From assembly GCA_044892505.1 (NCBI GenBank), contig CM097882.1, positions 251,844,001 through 251,908,000 of the forward strand: a stretch of DNA of 64,000 nt, given 5' to 3'. This DNA comes from Schmidtea nova. Lineage: Eukaryota. The notes under the pieces were generated by a model that saw nothing but the letters and a program-made list of their open reading frames with translations, had not been told where the DNA came from and searched no databases. Both the position numbers and the translations under genes were made by a program. Shown piece after piece: positions 1 to 13,200 of this stretch; the stretch's first letter is position 1, and each line of letters begins with the position of its first letter.

Positions 1-1161
1 TATGATTTATTATTATCATGATCATGATCATCATGATCATTGTCACGTCCTGATGTCCAAAACCACACAAGATTTATGGTCGTTCAGACTGAACTATCAA
101 TGACAACTATGTTTCAAAATGTGGTTACAAAAAGTTTGTGAGCATAAGTCTTTATATAAAATACAGAGTTTTACAAAAGAGAAATATTTTCTTATCACAA
201 ACATTTTTACTCCTGTTTTCTTATAAGTGAGAGTTCAATAGGATAGTATGGATAATTTATAACCAAAAACACGTAGAAGGTAACATTTAGAGTCAAATTA
301 ACCAAAAATACTTTGATCTCGACATACAACAAAATCGAGTTGAAGTGAAGAGAATTTGAAAATAGTAAATGTTTAAATAAAAATAAAAATAGATATTGAT
401 GATACGGCTTGCATAATCTAAATATAATTTAAAAACAGAAAAAAATTCAAAGAAAATAAACAAAAGTATAAGAACAGCCGAAACAGGAAACGACTGACTG
501 CAGAATCATAATCATGTTAGATAAAAAAGATCAGTATCGATTAAACAGCAAAAAAGAACAGGATTAAAGACAATAATTGAAATTTATAATTTAATAAAAT
601 TATGTAGTTAAAAATATATAAAATAATCGATTTTAAAAGACTAAATATCAAATGATATATGAATAGAATAGAATATTTGACAATTAAAAACTATTAAAGA
701 CTTTTAACGAATACACAAACTGAAATAAAATTTTTTAAATCTGAAATTTTTGGGAAAAAATAAATAAAGAATAAAAAGAATTAAAAATATAAATAAATAT
801 AAAATAAAATGACTAAAAAACTGAGAAGATATTATTAATCATTAAAATATAATAATGAAATTGAAAATGCACACTTGATAAAGGCTGTGGCGAAATATTG
901 TGTACAAATTTAGATAAATTTTGATCTATAATCTTAACATTATGAGAATTATTGATATTAAAATAAATAATATAATAAATAACATAAAATTAAAAAGAAA
1001 ATCTAAAAGAAATATGCAAAATATTTATAAAAAATATACAAGAAGAAATAAAATCTTATATTGAAAATACAAAAATTATTTTAATTAATACTTTAAATAC
1101 TCAAAATAAAATGAACAAATTCAAAAGAAATTTTAGTAAAATTAAAATAATTTAATTTTAG
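1..1161 (+). other. 3' part of an upstream intron, ending at acceptor ...tttaattttAG(1161)
   Basis: Very AT-rich, A-skewed sequence with stops in all frames. It ends in TTTTAG immediately before A-AAA-GGA-TCC-GTT-GTT-GCA, mirroring the 36592/36593 acceptor. The donor is not confidently located. Confidence 0.65.
6..41. repeat. Degenerate ATT/ATC/ATG trinucleotide microsatellite
   Basis: ttattattatcatgatcatgatcatcatgatcatt read directly. Confidence 0.6.
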
Positions 1162-1247
1162 AAAAGGATCCGTTGTTGCAGACACGTCAGTAGAATTTAT
1201 TTCTACATTTGCTAGTGCGAATATCACTAAGAATTATGATATAATAT
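1162..1247 (+). CDS. Exon encoding the C-terminal half of SEA domain 1 (xKGSVVADTSVEFISTFASANITKNYDII)
   Basis: GSVV motif at 1166-1177, in the same frame as array 1. 19 of the first 21 nt match the exon start at 36593, and both differences are synonymous third positions. Confidence 0.75.
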
Positions 1248-4200
1248 GTAACTTTATGGTTTAATTACAATCAAATTATAATAACTTTTAATAAGTCAAT
1301 ATAACAAACAAGCCAAATGAAGGCTCTACGGGCACATCAATCAAGTCAAGTAGCCAACCAGAATTGTCTTCGAAATCACCAGAGAAAACGAGTGAGAAAT
1401 CATCAAGTCTGAGTAGCGTCGAAAGTTCGTCAACTGTATCGTCAACATCTTCAGCAACATCAACGACTGGAACAAGAAGCAGTGAAAGTTCTACAGTAAA
1501 ACCTATCGAAAGCTCAACAAGCATTTCATCTAGTGAGAAAACAAGTGTGACAAGTTCAGAACAACCGACGACATCAAGCAGACAAACCTCGAGCTCAATA
1601 GGAAGCACTAGTCCTTCAATTGAAACGTCATCAACGCCCGTAACAGTCACATCAATCAAGTCAAGTAGCCAACCAGAATTGTCTTCGAAATCACCAGAGA
1701 AAACGAGTGAGAAATCATCAAGTCTGAGTAGCGTCGAAAGTTCGTCAACTGTATCGTCAACATCTTCAGCAACATCAACGACTGGAACAAGAAGCAGTGA
1801 AAGTTCTACAGTAAAACCTATCGAAAGCTCAACAAGCATTTCATCTAGTGAGAAAACAAGTGTGACAAGTTCAGAACAACCGACGACATCTAGCAGACAA
1901 ACCTCGAGCTCAATACGAAGCACTAGTCCTTCAATTGAAACGTCATCAACGCCCGTAACAGTCACATCAATCAAGTCAAGTAGCCAACCAGAATTGTCTT
2001 CGAAATCACCAGAGAAAACGAGTGAGAAATCATCAAGTCTGAGTAGCGTCGAAAGTTCGTCAACTGTATCGTCAACATCTTCAGCAACATCAACGACTGG
2101 AACAAGAAGCAGTGAAAGTTCTACAGTAAAACCTATCGAAAGCTCAACAAGCATTTCATCTAGTGAGAAAACAAGTGTGACAAGTTCAGAACAACCGACG
2201 ACATCAAGCAGACAAACCTCGAGCTCAATACGAAGCACTAGTCCTTCAATTGAAACGTCATCAACGCCCGTAACAGTCACATCAATCAAGTCAAGTAGCC
2301 AACCAGAATTGTCTTCGAAATCACCAGAGAAAACGAGTGAGAAATCATCAAGTCTGAGTAGCGTCGAAAGTTCGTCAACTGTATCGTCAACATCTTCAGC
2401 AACATCAACGACTGGAACAAGAAGCAGTGAAAGTTCTACAGTAAAACCTATCGAAAGCTCAACAAGCATTTCATCTAGTGAGAAAACAAGTGTGACAAGT
2501 TCAGAACAACCGACGACATCAAGCAGACAAACGTCGAGCTCAATAGGAAGCACTAGTCCTTCAATTGAAACGTCATCAACGCCCGTAACAGTCACATCAA
2601 TCAAGTCAAGTAGCCAACCAGAATTGTCTTCGAAATCACCAGAGAAAACGAGTGAGAAATCATCAAGTCTGAGTAGCGTCGAAAGTTCGTCAACTGTATC
2701 GTCAACATCTTCAGCAACATCAACGACTGGAACAAGAAGCAGTGAAAGTTCTACAGTAAAACCTATCGAAAGCTCAACAAGCATTTCATCTAGTGAGAAA
2801 ACAAGTGTGACAAGTTCAGAACAACCGACGACATCAAGCAGACAAACCTCGAGCTCAATACGAAGCACTAGTCCTTCAATTGAAACGTCATCAACGCCCG
2901 TAACAGTCACATCAATCAAGTCAAGTAGCCAACCAGAATTGTCTTCGAAATCACCAGAGAAAACGAGTGAGAAATCATCAAGTCTGATTAGCGTCGAAAG
3001 TTCGTCAACTGTATCGTCAACATCTTCAGCAACATCAACGACTGGAACAAGAAGCAGTGAAAGTTCTACAGTAAAACCTATCGAAAGCTCAACAAGCATT
3101 TCATCTAGTGAGAAAACAAGTGTGACAAGTTCAGAACAACCGACGACATCAAGCAGACAAACGTCGAGCTCAATAGGAAGCACTAGTCCTTCAATTGAAA
3201 CGTCATCAACGCCCGTAACAGTCACATCAATCAAGTCAAGTAGCCAACCAGAATTGTCTTCGAAATCACCAGAGAAAACGAGTGAGAAATCATCAAGTCT
3301 GAGTAGCGTCGAAAGTTCGTCAACTGTATCGTCAACATCTTCAGCAACATCAACGACTGGAACAAGAAGCAGTGAAAGTTCTACAGTAAAACCTATCGAA
3401 AGCTCAACAAGCATTTCATCTAGTGAGAAAACAAGTGTGACAAGTTCAGAACAACCGACGACATCAAGCAGACAAACCTCGAGCTCAATACGAAGCACTA
3501 GTCCTTCAATTGAAACGTCATCAACGCCCGTAACAGTCACATCAATCAAGTCAAGTAGCCAACCAGAATTGTCTTCGAAATCACCAGAGAAAACGAGTGA
3601 GAAATCATCAAGTCTGAGTAGCGTCGAAAGTTCGTCAACTGTATTGTCAACATCTTCAGCAACATCAACGACTGGAACAAGAAGCAGTGAAAGTTCTACA
3701 GTAAAACCTATCGAAAGCTCAACAAGCATTTCATCTAGTGAGAAAACAAGTGTGACAAGTTCAGAATCACCGACGACATCAAGCAGACAAACGTCGAGCT
3801 CAATAGGAAGCACTAGTCCTTCAATTGAAACGTCATCAACGCCCGTAACAGTCACATCAATCAAGTCAAGTAGCCAACCAGAATTGTCTTCGAAATCACC
3901 AGAGAAAACGAGTGAGAAATCATCAAGTCTGAGTAGCGTCGAAAGTTCGTCAACTGTATCGTCAACATCTTCAGCAACATCAACGACTGGAACAAGAAGC
4001 AGTGAAAGTTCTACAGTAAAACCTATCGAAAGCTCAACAAGCATTTCATCTAGTGAGAAAACAAGTGTGACAAGTTCAGAACAACCGACGACATCAAGCA
4101 GACAAACCTCGAGCTCAATAGGAAGCACTAGTCCTTCAATTGAAACGTCATCAACGCCCGTAACAGTCACATCAATCAAGTCAAGTAGCCAACCAGAATT

Positions 4201-7200
4201 GTCTTCGAAATCACCAGAGAAAACGAGTGAGAAATCATCAAGTCTGAGTAGCGTCGAAAGTTCGTCAACTGTATCGTCAACATCTTCAGCAACATCAACG
4301 ACTGGAACAAGAAGCAGTGAAAGTTCTACAGTAAAACCTATCGAAAGCTCAACAAGCATTTCATCTAGTGAGAAAACAAGTGTGACAAGTTCAGAACAAC
4401 CGACGACATCTAGCAGACAAACCTCGAGCTCAATACGAAGCACTAGTCCTTCAATTGAAACGTCATCAACGCCCGTAACAGTCACATCAATCAAGTCAAG
4501 TAGCCAACCAGAATTGTCTTCGAAATCACCAGAGAAAACGAGTGAGAAATCATCAAGTCTGAGTAGCGTCGAAAGTTCGTCAACTGTATCGTCAACATCT
4601 TCAGCAACATCAACGACTGGAACAAGAAGCAGTGAAAGTTCTACAGTAAAACCTATCGAAAGCTCAACAAGCATTTCATCTAGTGAGAAAACAAGTGTGA
4701 CAAGTTCAGAACAACCGACGACATCAAGCAGACAAACGTCGAGCTCAATAGGAAGCACTAGTCCTTCAATTGAAACGTCATCAACGCCCGTAACAGTCAC
4801 ATCAATCAAGTCAAGTAGCCAACCAGAATTGTCTTCGAAATCACCAGAGAAAACGAGTGAGAAATCATCAAGTCTGAGTAGCGTCGAAAGTTCGTCAACT
4901 GTATCGTCAACATCTTCAGCAACATCAACGACTGGAACAAGAAGCAGTGAAAGTTCTACAGTAAAACCTATCGAAAGCTCAACAAGCATTTCATCTAGTG
5001 AGAAAACAAGTGTGACAAGTTCAGAACAACCGACGACATCAAGCAGACAAACCTCGAGCTCAATACGAAGCACTAGTCCTTCAATTGAAACGTCATCAAC
5101 GCCCGTAACAGTCACATCAATCAAGTCAAGTAGCCAACCAGAATTGTCTTCGAAATCACCAGAGAAAACGAGTGAGAAATCATCAAGTCTGATTAGCGTC
5201 GAAAGTTCGTCAACTGTATCGTCAACATCTTCAGCAACATCAACGACTGGAACAAGAAGCAGTGAAAGTTCTACAGTAAAACCTATCGAAAGCTCAACAA
5301 GCATTTCATCTAGTGAGAAAACAAGTGTGACAAGTTCAGAACAACCGACGACATCAAGCAGACAAACGTCGAGCTCAATAGGAAGCACTAGTCCTTCAAT
5401 TGAAACGTCATCAACGCCCGTAACAGTCACATCAATCAAGTCAAGTAGCCAACCAGAATTGTCTTCGAAATCACCAGAGAAAACGAGTGAGAAATCATCA
5501 AGTCTGAGTAGCGTCGAAAGTTCGTCAACTGTATCGTCAACATCTTCAGCAACATCAACGACTGGAACAAGAAGCAGTGAAAGTTCTACAGTAAAACCTA
5601 TCGAAAGCTCAACAAGCATTTCATCTAGTGAGAAAACAAGTGTGACAAGTTCAGAACAACCGACGACATCAAGCAGACAAACCTCGAGCTCAATACGAAG
5701 CACTAGTCCTTCAATTGAAACGTCATCAACGCCCGTAACAGTCACATCAATCAAGTCAAGTAGCCAACCAGAATTGTCTTCGAAATCACCAGAGAAAACG
5801 AGTGAGAAATCATCAAGTCTGAGTAGCGTCGAAAGTTCGTCAACTGTATTGTCAACATCTTCAGCAACATCAACGACTGGAACAAGAAGCAGTGAAAGTT
5901 CTACAGTAAAACCTATCGAAAGCTCAACAAGCATTTCATCTAGTGAGAAAACAAGTGTGACAAGTTCAGAACAACCGACGACATCAAGCAGACAAACCTC
6001 GAGCTCAATACGAAGCACTAGTCCTTCAATTGAAACGTCATCAACGCCCGTAACAGTCACATCAATCAGGTCAAGTAGCCAACCAGAATTGTCTTCGAAA
6101 TCACCAGAGAAAACGAGTGAGAAATCATCAAGTCTGAGTAGCGTCGAAAGTTCGTCAACTGTATCGTCAACATCTTCAGCAACATCAACGACTGGAACAA
6201 GAAGCAGTGAAAGTTCTACAGTAAAACCTATCGAAAGCTCAACAAGCATTTCATCTAGTGAGAAAACAAGTGTGACAAGTTCAGAACAACCGACGACATC
6301 AAGCAGACAAACCTCGAGCTCAATAGGAAGCACTAGTCCTTCAATTGAAACGTCATCAACGCCCGTAACAGTCACATCAATCAAGTCAAGTAGCCAACCA
6401 GAATTGTCTTCGAAATCACCAGAGAAAACGAGTGAGAAATCATCAAGTCTGAGTAGCGTCGAAAGTTCGTCAACTGTATCGTCAACATCTTCAGCAACAT
6501 CAACGACTGGAACAAGAAGCAGTGAAAGTTCTACAGTAAAACCTATCGAAAGCTCAACAAGCATTTCATCTAGTGAGAAAACAAGTGTGACAAGTTCAGA
6601 ACAACCGACGACATCAAGCAGACAAACCTCGAGCTCAATAGGAAGCACTAGTCCTTCAATTGAAACGTCATCAACGCCCGTAACAGTCACATCAATCAAG
6701 TCAAGTAGCCAACCAGAATTGTCTTCGAAATCACCAGAGAAAACGAGTGAGAAATCATCAAGTCTGAGTAGCGTCGAAAGTTCGTCAACTGTATCGTCAA
6801 CATCTTCAGCAACATCAACGACTGGAACAAGAAGCAGTGAAAGTTCTACAGTAAAACCTATCGAAAGCTCAACAAGCATTTCATCTAGTGAGAAAACAAG
6901 TGTGACAAGTTCAGAACAACCGACGACATCAAGCAGACAAACCTCGAGCTCAATAGGAAGCACTAGTCCTTCAATTGAAACGTCATCAACGCCCGTAACA
7001 GTCACATCAATCAAGTCAAGTAGCCAACCAGAATTGTCTTCGAAATCACCAGAGAAAACGAGTGAGAAATCATCAAGTCTGAGTAGCGTCGAAAGTTCGT
7101 CAACTGTATCGTCAACATCTTCAGCAACATCAACGACTGGAACAAGAAGCAGTGAAAGTTCTACAGTAAAACCTATCGAAAGCTCAACAAGCATTTCATC

Positions 7201-10200
7201 TAGTGAGAAAACAAGTGTGACAAGTTCAGAACAACCGACGACATCAAGCAGACAAACCTCGAGCTCAATAGGAAGCACTAGTCCTTCAATTGAAACGTCA
7301 TCAACGCCCGTAACAGTCACATCAATCAAGTCAAGTAGCCAACCAGAATTGTCTTCGAAATCACCAGAGAAAACGAGTGAGAAATCATCAAGTCTGAGTA
7401 GCGTCGAAAGTTCGTCAACTGTATCGTCAACATCTTCAGCAACATCAACGACTGGAACAAGAAGCAGTGAAAGTTCTACAGTAAAACCTATCGAAAGCTC
7501 AACAAGCATTTCATCTAGTGAGAAAACAAGTGTGACAAGTTCAGAACAACCGACGACATCAGGCAGACAAACGTCGAGCTCAATAGGAAGCACTAGTCCT
7601 TCAATTGAAACGTCATCAACGCCCGTAACAGTCACATCAATCAAGTCAAGTAGCCAACCAGAATTGTCTTCGAAATCACCAGAGAAAACGAGTGAGAAAT
7701 CATCAAGTCTGAGTAGCGTCGAAAGTTCGTCAACTGTATCGTCAACATCTTCAGCAACATCAACGACTGGAACAAGAAGCAGTGAAAGTTCTACAGTAAA
7801 ACCTATCGAAAGCTCAACAAGCATTTCATCTAGTGAGAAAACAAGTGTGACAAGTTCAGAACAACCGACGACATCAAGCAGACAAACGTCGAGCTCAATA
7901 GGAAGCACTAGTCCTTCAATTGAAACGTCATCAACGCCCGTAACAGTCACATCAATCAAGTCAAGTAGCCAACCAGAATTGTCTTCGAAATCACCAGAGA
8001 AAACGAGTGAGAAATCATCAAGTCTGAGTAGCGTCGAAAGTTCGTCAACTGTATCGTCAACATCTTCAGCAACATCAACGACTGGAACAAGAAGCAGTGA
8101 AAGTTCTACAGTAAAACCTATCGAAAGCTCAACAAGCATTTCATCTAGTGAGAAAACAAGTGTGACAAGTTCAGAACAACCGACGACATCAAGCAGACAA
8201 ACGTCGAGCTCAATAGGAAGCACTAGTCCTTCAATTGAAACGTCATCAACGCCCGTAACAGTCACATCAATCAAGTCAAGTAGCCAACCAGAATTGTCTT
8301 CGAAATCACCAGAGAAAACGAGTGAGAAATCATCAAGTCTGAGTAGCGTCGAAAGTTCGTCAACTGTATCGTCAACATCTTCAGCAACATCAACGACTGG
8401 AACAAGAAGCAGTGAAAGTTCTACAGTAAAACCTATCGAAAGCTCAACAAGCATTTCATCTAGTGAGAAAACAAGTGTGACAAGTTCAGAACAACCGACG
8501 ACATCAAGCAGACAAACGTCGAGCTCAATAGGAAGCACTAGTCCTTCAATTGAAACGTCATCAACGCCCGTAACAGTCACATCAATCAAGTCAAGTAGCC
8601 AACCAGAATTGTCTTCGAAATCACCAGAGAAAACGAGTGAGAAATCATCAAGTCTGAGTAGCGTCGAAAGTTCGTCAACTGTATCGTCAACATCTTCAGC
8701 AACATCAACGACTGGAACAAGAAGCAGTGAAAGTTCTACAGTAAAACCTATCGAAAGCTCAACAAGCATTTCATCTAGTGAGAAAACAAGTGTGACAAGT
8801 TCAGAACAACCGACGACATCAAGCAGACAAACCTCGAGCTCAATAGGAAGCACTAGTCCTTCAATTGAAACGTCATCAACGCCCGTAACAGTCACATCAA
8901 TCAAGTCAAGTAGCCAACCAGAATTGTCTTCGAAATCACCAGAGAAAACGAGTGAGAAATCATCAAGTCTGAGTAGCGTCGAAAGTTCGTCAACTGTATT
9001 GTCAACATCTTCAGCAACATCAACGACTGGAACAAGAAGCATTGAAAGTTCTACAGTAAAACCTATCGAAAGCTCAACAAGCATTTCATCTAGTGAGAAA
9101 ACAAGTGTGACAAGTTCAGAATCACCGACGACATCAAGCAGACAAACCTCGAGCTCAATAGGAAGCACTAGTCCTTCAATTGAAACGTCATCAACGCCCG
9201 TAACAGTCACATCAATCAAGTCAAGTAGCCAACCAGAATTGTCTTCGAAATCACCAGGGAAAACGAGTGAGAAATCATCAAGTCTGATTAGCGTCGAAAG
9301 TTCGTCAACTGTATCGTCAACATCTTCAGCAACATCAACGACTGGAACAAGAAGCAGTGAAAGTTCTACAGTAAAACCTATCGAAAGCTCAACAAGCATT
9401 TCATCTAGTGAGAAAACAAGTGTGACAAGTTCAGAATCACCGACGACATCAAGCAGACAAACCTCGAGCTCAATACGAAGCACTAGTCCTTCAATTGAAA
9501 CGTCATCAACGCCCGTAACAGTCACATCAATCAAGTCAAGTAGCCAACCAGAATTGTCTTCGAAATCACCAGAGAAAACGAGTGAGAAATCATCAAGTCT
9601 GAGTAGCGTCGAAAGTTCGTCAACTGTATTGTCAACATCTTCAGCAACATCAACGACTGGAACAAGAAGCATTGAAAGTTCTACAGTAAAACCTATCGAA
9701 AGCTCAACAAGCATTTCATCTAGTGAGAAAACAAGTGTGACAAGTTCAGAATCACCGACGACATCAAGCAGACAAACCTCGAGCTCAATACGAAGCACTA
9801 GTCCTTCAATTGAAACGTCATCAACGCCCGTAACAGTCACATCAATCAAGTCAAGTAGCCAACCAGAATTGTCTTCGAAATCACCAGAGAAAACGAGTGA
9901 GAAATCATCAAGTCTGAGTAGCGTCGAAAGTTCGTCAACTGTATCGTCAACATCTTCAGCAACATCAACGACTGGAACAAGAAGCATTGAAAGTTCTACA
10001 GTAAAACCTATCGAAAGCTCAACAAGCATTTCATCTAGTGAGAAAACAAGTGTGACAAGTTCAGAATCACCGACGACATCAAGCAGACAAACGTCGAGCT
10101 CAATAGGAAGCACTAGTCCTTCAATTGAAACGTCATCAACGCCCGTAACAGTCACATCAATCAAGTCAAGTAGCCAACCAGAATTGTCTTCGAAATCACC

Positions 10201-13200
10201 AGAGAAAACGAGTGAGAAATCATCAAGTCTGAGTAGCGTCGAAAGTTCGTCAACTGTATTGTCAACATCTTCAGCAACATCAACGACTGGAACAAGAAGC
10301 AGTGAAAGTTCTACAGTAAAACCTATCGAAAGCTCAACAAGCATTTCATCTAGTGAGAAAACAAGTGTGACAAGTTCAGAACAACCGACGACATCAAGCA
10401 GACAAACCTCGAGCTCAATAGGAAGCACTAGTCCTTCAATTGAAACGTCATCAACGCCCGTAACAGTCACATCAATCAAGTCAAGTAGCCAACCAGAATT
10501 GTCTTCGAAATCACCAGAGAAAACGAGTGAGAAATCATCAAGTCTGAGTAGCGTCGAAAGTTCGTCAACTGTATCGTCAACATCTTCAGCAACATCAACG
10601 ACTGGAACAAGAAGCAGTGAAAGTTCTACAGTAAAACCTATCGAAAGCTCAACAAGCATTTCATCTAGTGAGAAAACAAGTGTGACAAGTTCAGAACAAC
10701 CGACGACATCAAGCAGACAAACCTCGAGCTCAATACGAAGCACTAGTCCTTCAATTGAAACGTCATCAACGCCCGTAACAGTCACATCAATCAAGTCAAG
10801 TAGCCAACCAGAATTGTCTTCGAAATCACCAGAGAAAACGAGTGAGAAATCATCAAGTCTGAGTAGCGTCGAAAGTTCGTCAACTGTATCGTCAACATCT
10901 TCAGCAACATCAACGACTGGAACAAGAAGCAGTGAAAGTTCTACAGTAAAACCTATCGAAAGCTCAACAAGCATTTCATCTAGTGAGAAAACAAGTGTGA
11001 CAAGTTCAGAATCACCGACGACATCAAGCAGACAAACGTCGAGCTCAATAGGAAGCACTAGTCCTTCAATTGAAACGTCATCAACGCCCGTAACAGTCAC
11101 ATCAATCAAGTCAAGTAGCCAACCAGAATTGTCTTCGAAATCACCAGAGAAAACGAGTGAGAAATCATCAAGTCTGAGTAGCGTCGAAAGTTCGTCAACT
11201 GTATTGTCAACATCTTCAGCAACATCAACGACTGGAACAAGAAGCAGTGAAAGTTCTACAGTAAAACCTATCGAAAGCTCAACAAGCATTTCATCTAGTG
11301 AGAAAACAAGTGTGACAAGTTCAGAACAACCGACGACATCAAGCAGACAAACCTCGAGCTCAATACGAAGCACTAGTCCTTCAATTGAAACGTCATCAAC
11401 GCCCGTAACAGTCACATCAATCAAGTCAAGTAGCCAACCAGAATTGTCTTCGAAATCACCAGAGAAAACGAGTGAGAAATCATCAAGTCTGAGTAGCGTC
11501 GAAAGTTCGTCAACTGTATCGTCAACATCTTCAGCAACATCAACGACTGGAACAAGAAGCAGTGAAAGTTCTACAGTAAAACCTATCGAAAGCTCAACAA
11601 GCATTTCATCTAGTGAGAAAACAAGTGTGACAAGTTCAGAACAACCGACGACATCAAGCAGACAAACCTCGAGCTCAATAGGAAGCACTAGTCCTTCAAT
11701 TGAAACGTCATCAACGCCCGTAACAGTCACATCAATCAAGTCAAGTAGCCAACCAGAATTGTCTTCGAAATCACCAGAGAAAACGAGTGAGAAATCATCA
11801 AGTCTGAGTAGCGTCGAAAGTTCGTCAACTGTATCGTCAACATCTTCAGCAACATCAACGACTGGAACAAGAAGCAGTGAAAGTTCTACAGTAAAACCTA
11901 TCGAAAGCTCAACAAGCATTTCATCTAGTGAGAAAACAAGTGTGACAAGTTCAGAACAACCGACGACATCAAGCAGACAAACCTCGAGCTCAATACGAAG
12001 CACTAGTCCTTCAATTGAAACGTCATCAACGCCCGTAACAGTCACATCAATCAAGTCAAGTAGCCAACCAGAATTGTCTTCGAAATCACCAGAGAAAACG
12101 AGTGAGAAATCATCAAGTCTGAGTAGCGTCGAAAGTTCGTCAACTGTATTGTCAACATCTTCAGCAACATCAACGACTGGAACAAGAAGCAGTGAAAGTT
12201 CTACAGTAAAACCTATCGAAAGCTCAACAAGCATTTCATCTAGTGAGAAAAAAAGTGTGACAAGTTCAGAACAACCGACGACATCAAGCAGACAAACGTC
12301 GAGCTCAATAGGAAGCACTAGTCCTTCAATTGAAACGTCATCAACGCCCGTAACAGTCACATCAATCAAGTCAAGTAGCCAACCAGAATTGTCTTCGAAA
12401 TCACCAGAGAAAACGAGTGAGAAATCATCAAGTCTGAGTAGCGTCGAAAGTTCGTCAACTGTATCGTCAACATCTTCAGCAACATCAACGACTGGAACAA
12501 GAAGCAGTAAAAGTTCTACAGTAAAACCTATCGAAAGCTCAACAAGCATTTCATCTAGTGAGAAAACAAGTGTGACAAGTTCAGAACAACTGACGACATC
12601 AAGCAGACAAACCTCGAGCTCAATACGAAGCACTAGTCCTTCAATTGAAACGTCATCAACGCCCGTAACAGTCACATCAATCAAGTCAAGTAGCCAACCA
12701 GAATTGTCTTCGAAATCACCAGAGAAAACGAGTGAGAAATCATCAAGTCTGAGTAGCGTCGAAAGTTCGTCAACTGTATTGTCAACATCTTCAGCAACAT
12801 CAACGACTGGAACAAGAAGCAGTGAAAGTTCTACAGTAAAACCTATCGAAAGCTCAACAAGCATTTCATCTAGTGAGAAAACAAGTGTGACAAGTTCAGA
12901 ACAACCGACGACATCAAGCAGACAAACGTCGAGCTCAATAGGAAGCACTAGTCCTTCAATTGAAACGTCATCAACGCCCGTAACAGTCACATCAATCAAG
13001 TCAAGTAGCCAACCAGAATTGTCTTCGAAATCACCAGAGAAAACGAGTGAGAAATCATCAAGTCTGAGTAGCGTCGAAAGTTCGTCAACTGTATTGTCAA
13101 CATCTTCAGCAACATCAACGACTGGAACAAGAAGCAGTGAAAGTTCTACAGTAAAACCTATCGAAAGCTCAACAAGCATTTCATCTAGTGAGAAAACAAG

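Noticed and set aside
263-285. AAG|GTAACA at 280 as the upstream donor (would give R|KGSVVA)
   Set aside because: An in-frame TAA at 260 leaves only PKTRR, which does not resemble a SEA N-half.
300-1150. A-rich stretch with short Lys/Asn-rich open frames
   Set aside because: Frequent stops, low complexity and no recognisable motif; treated as intron.
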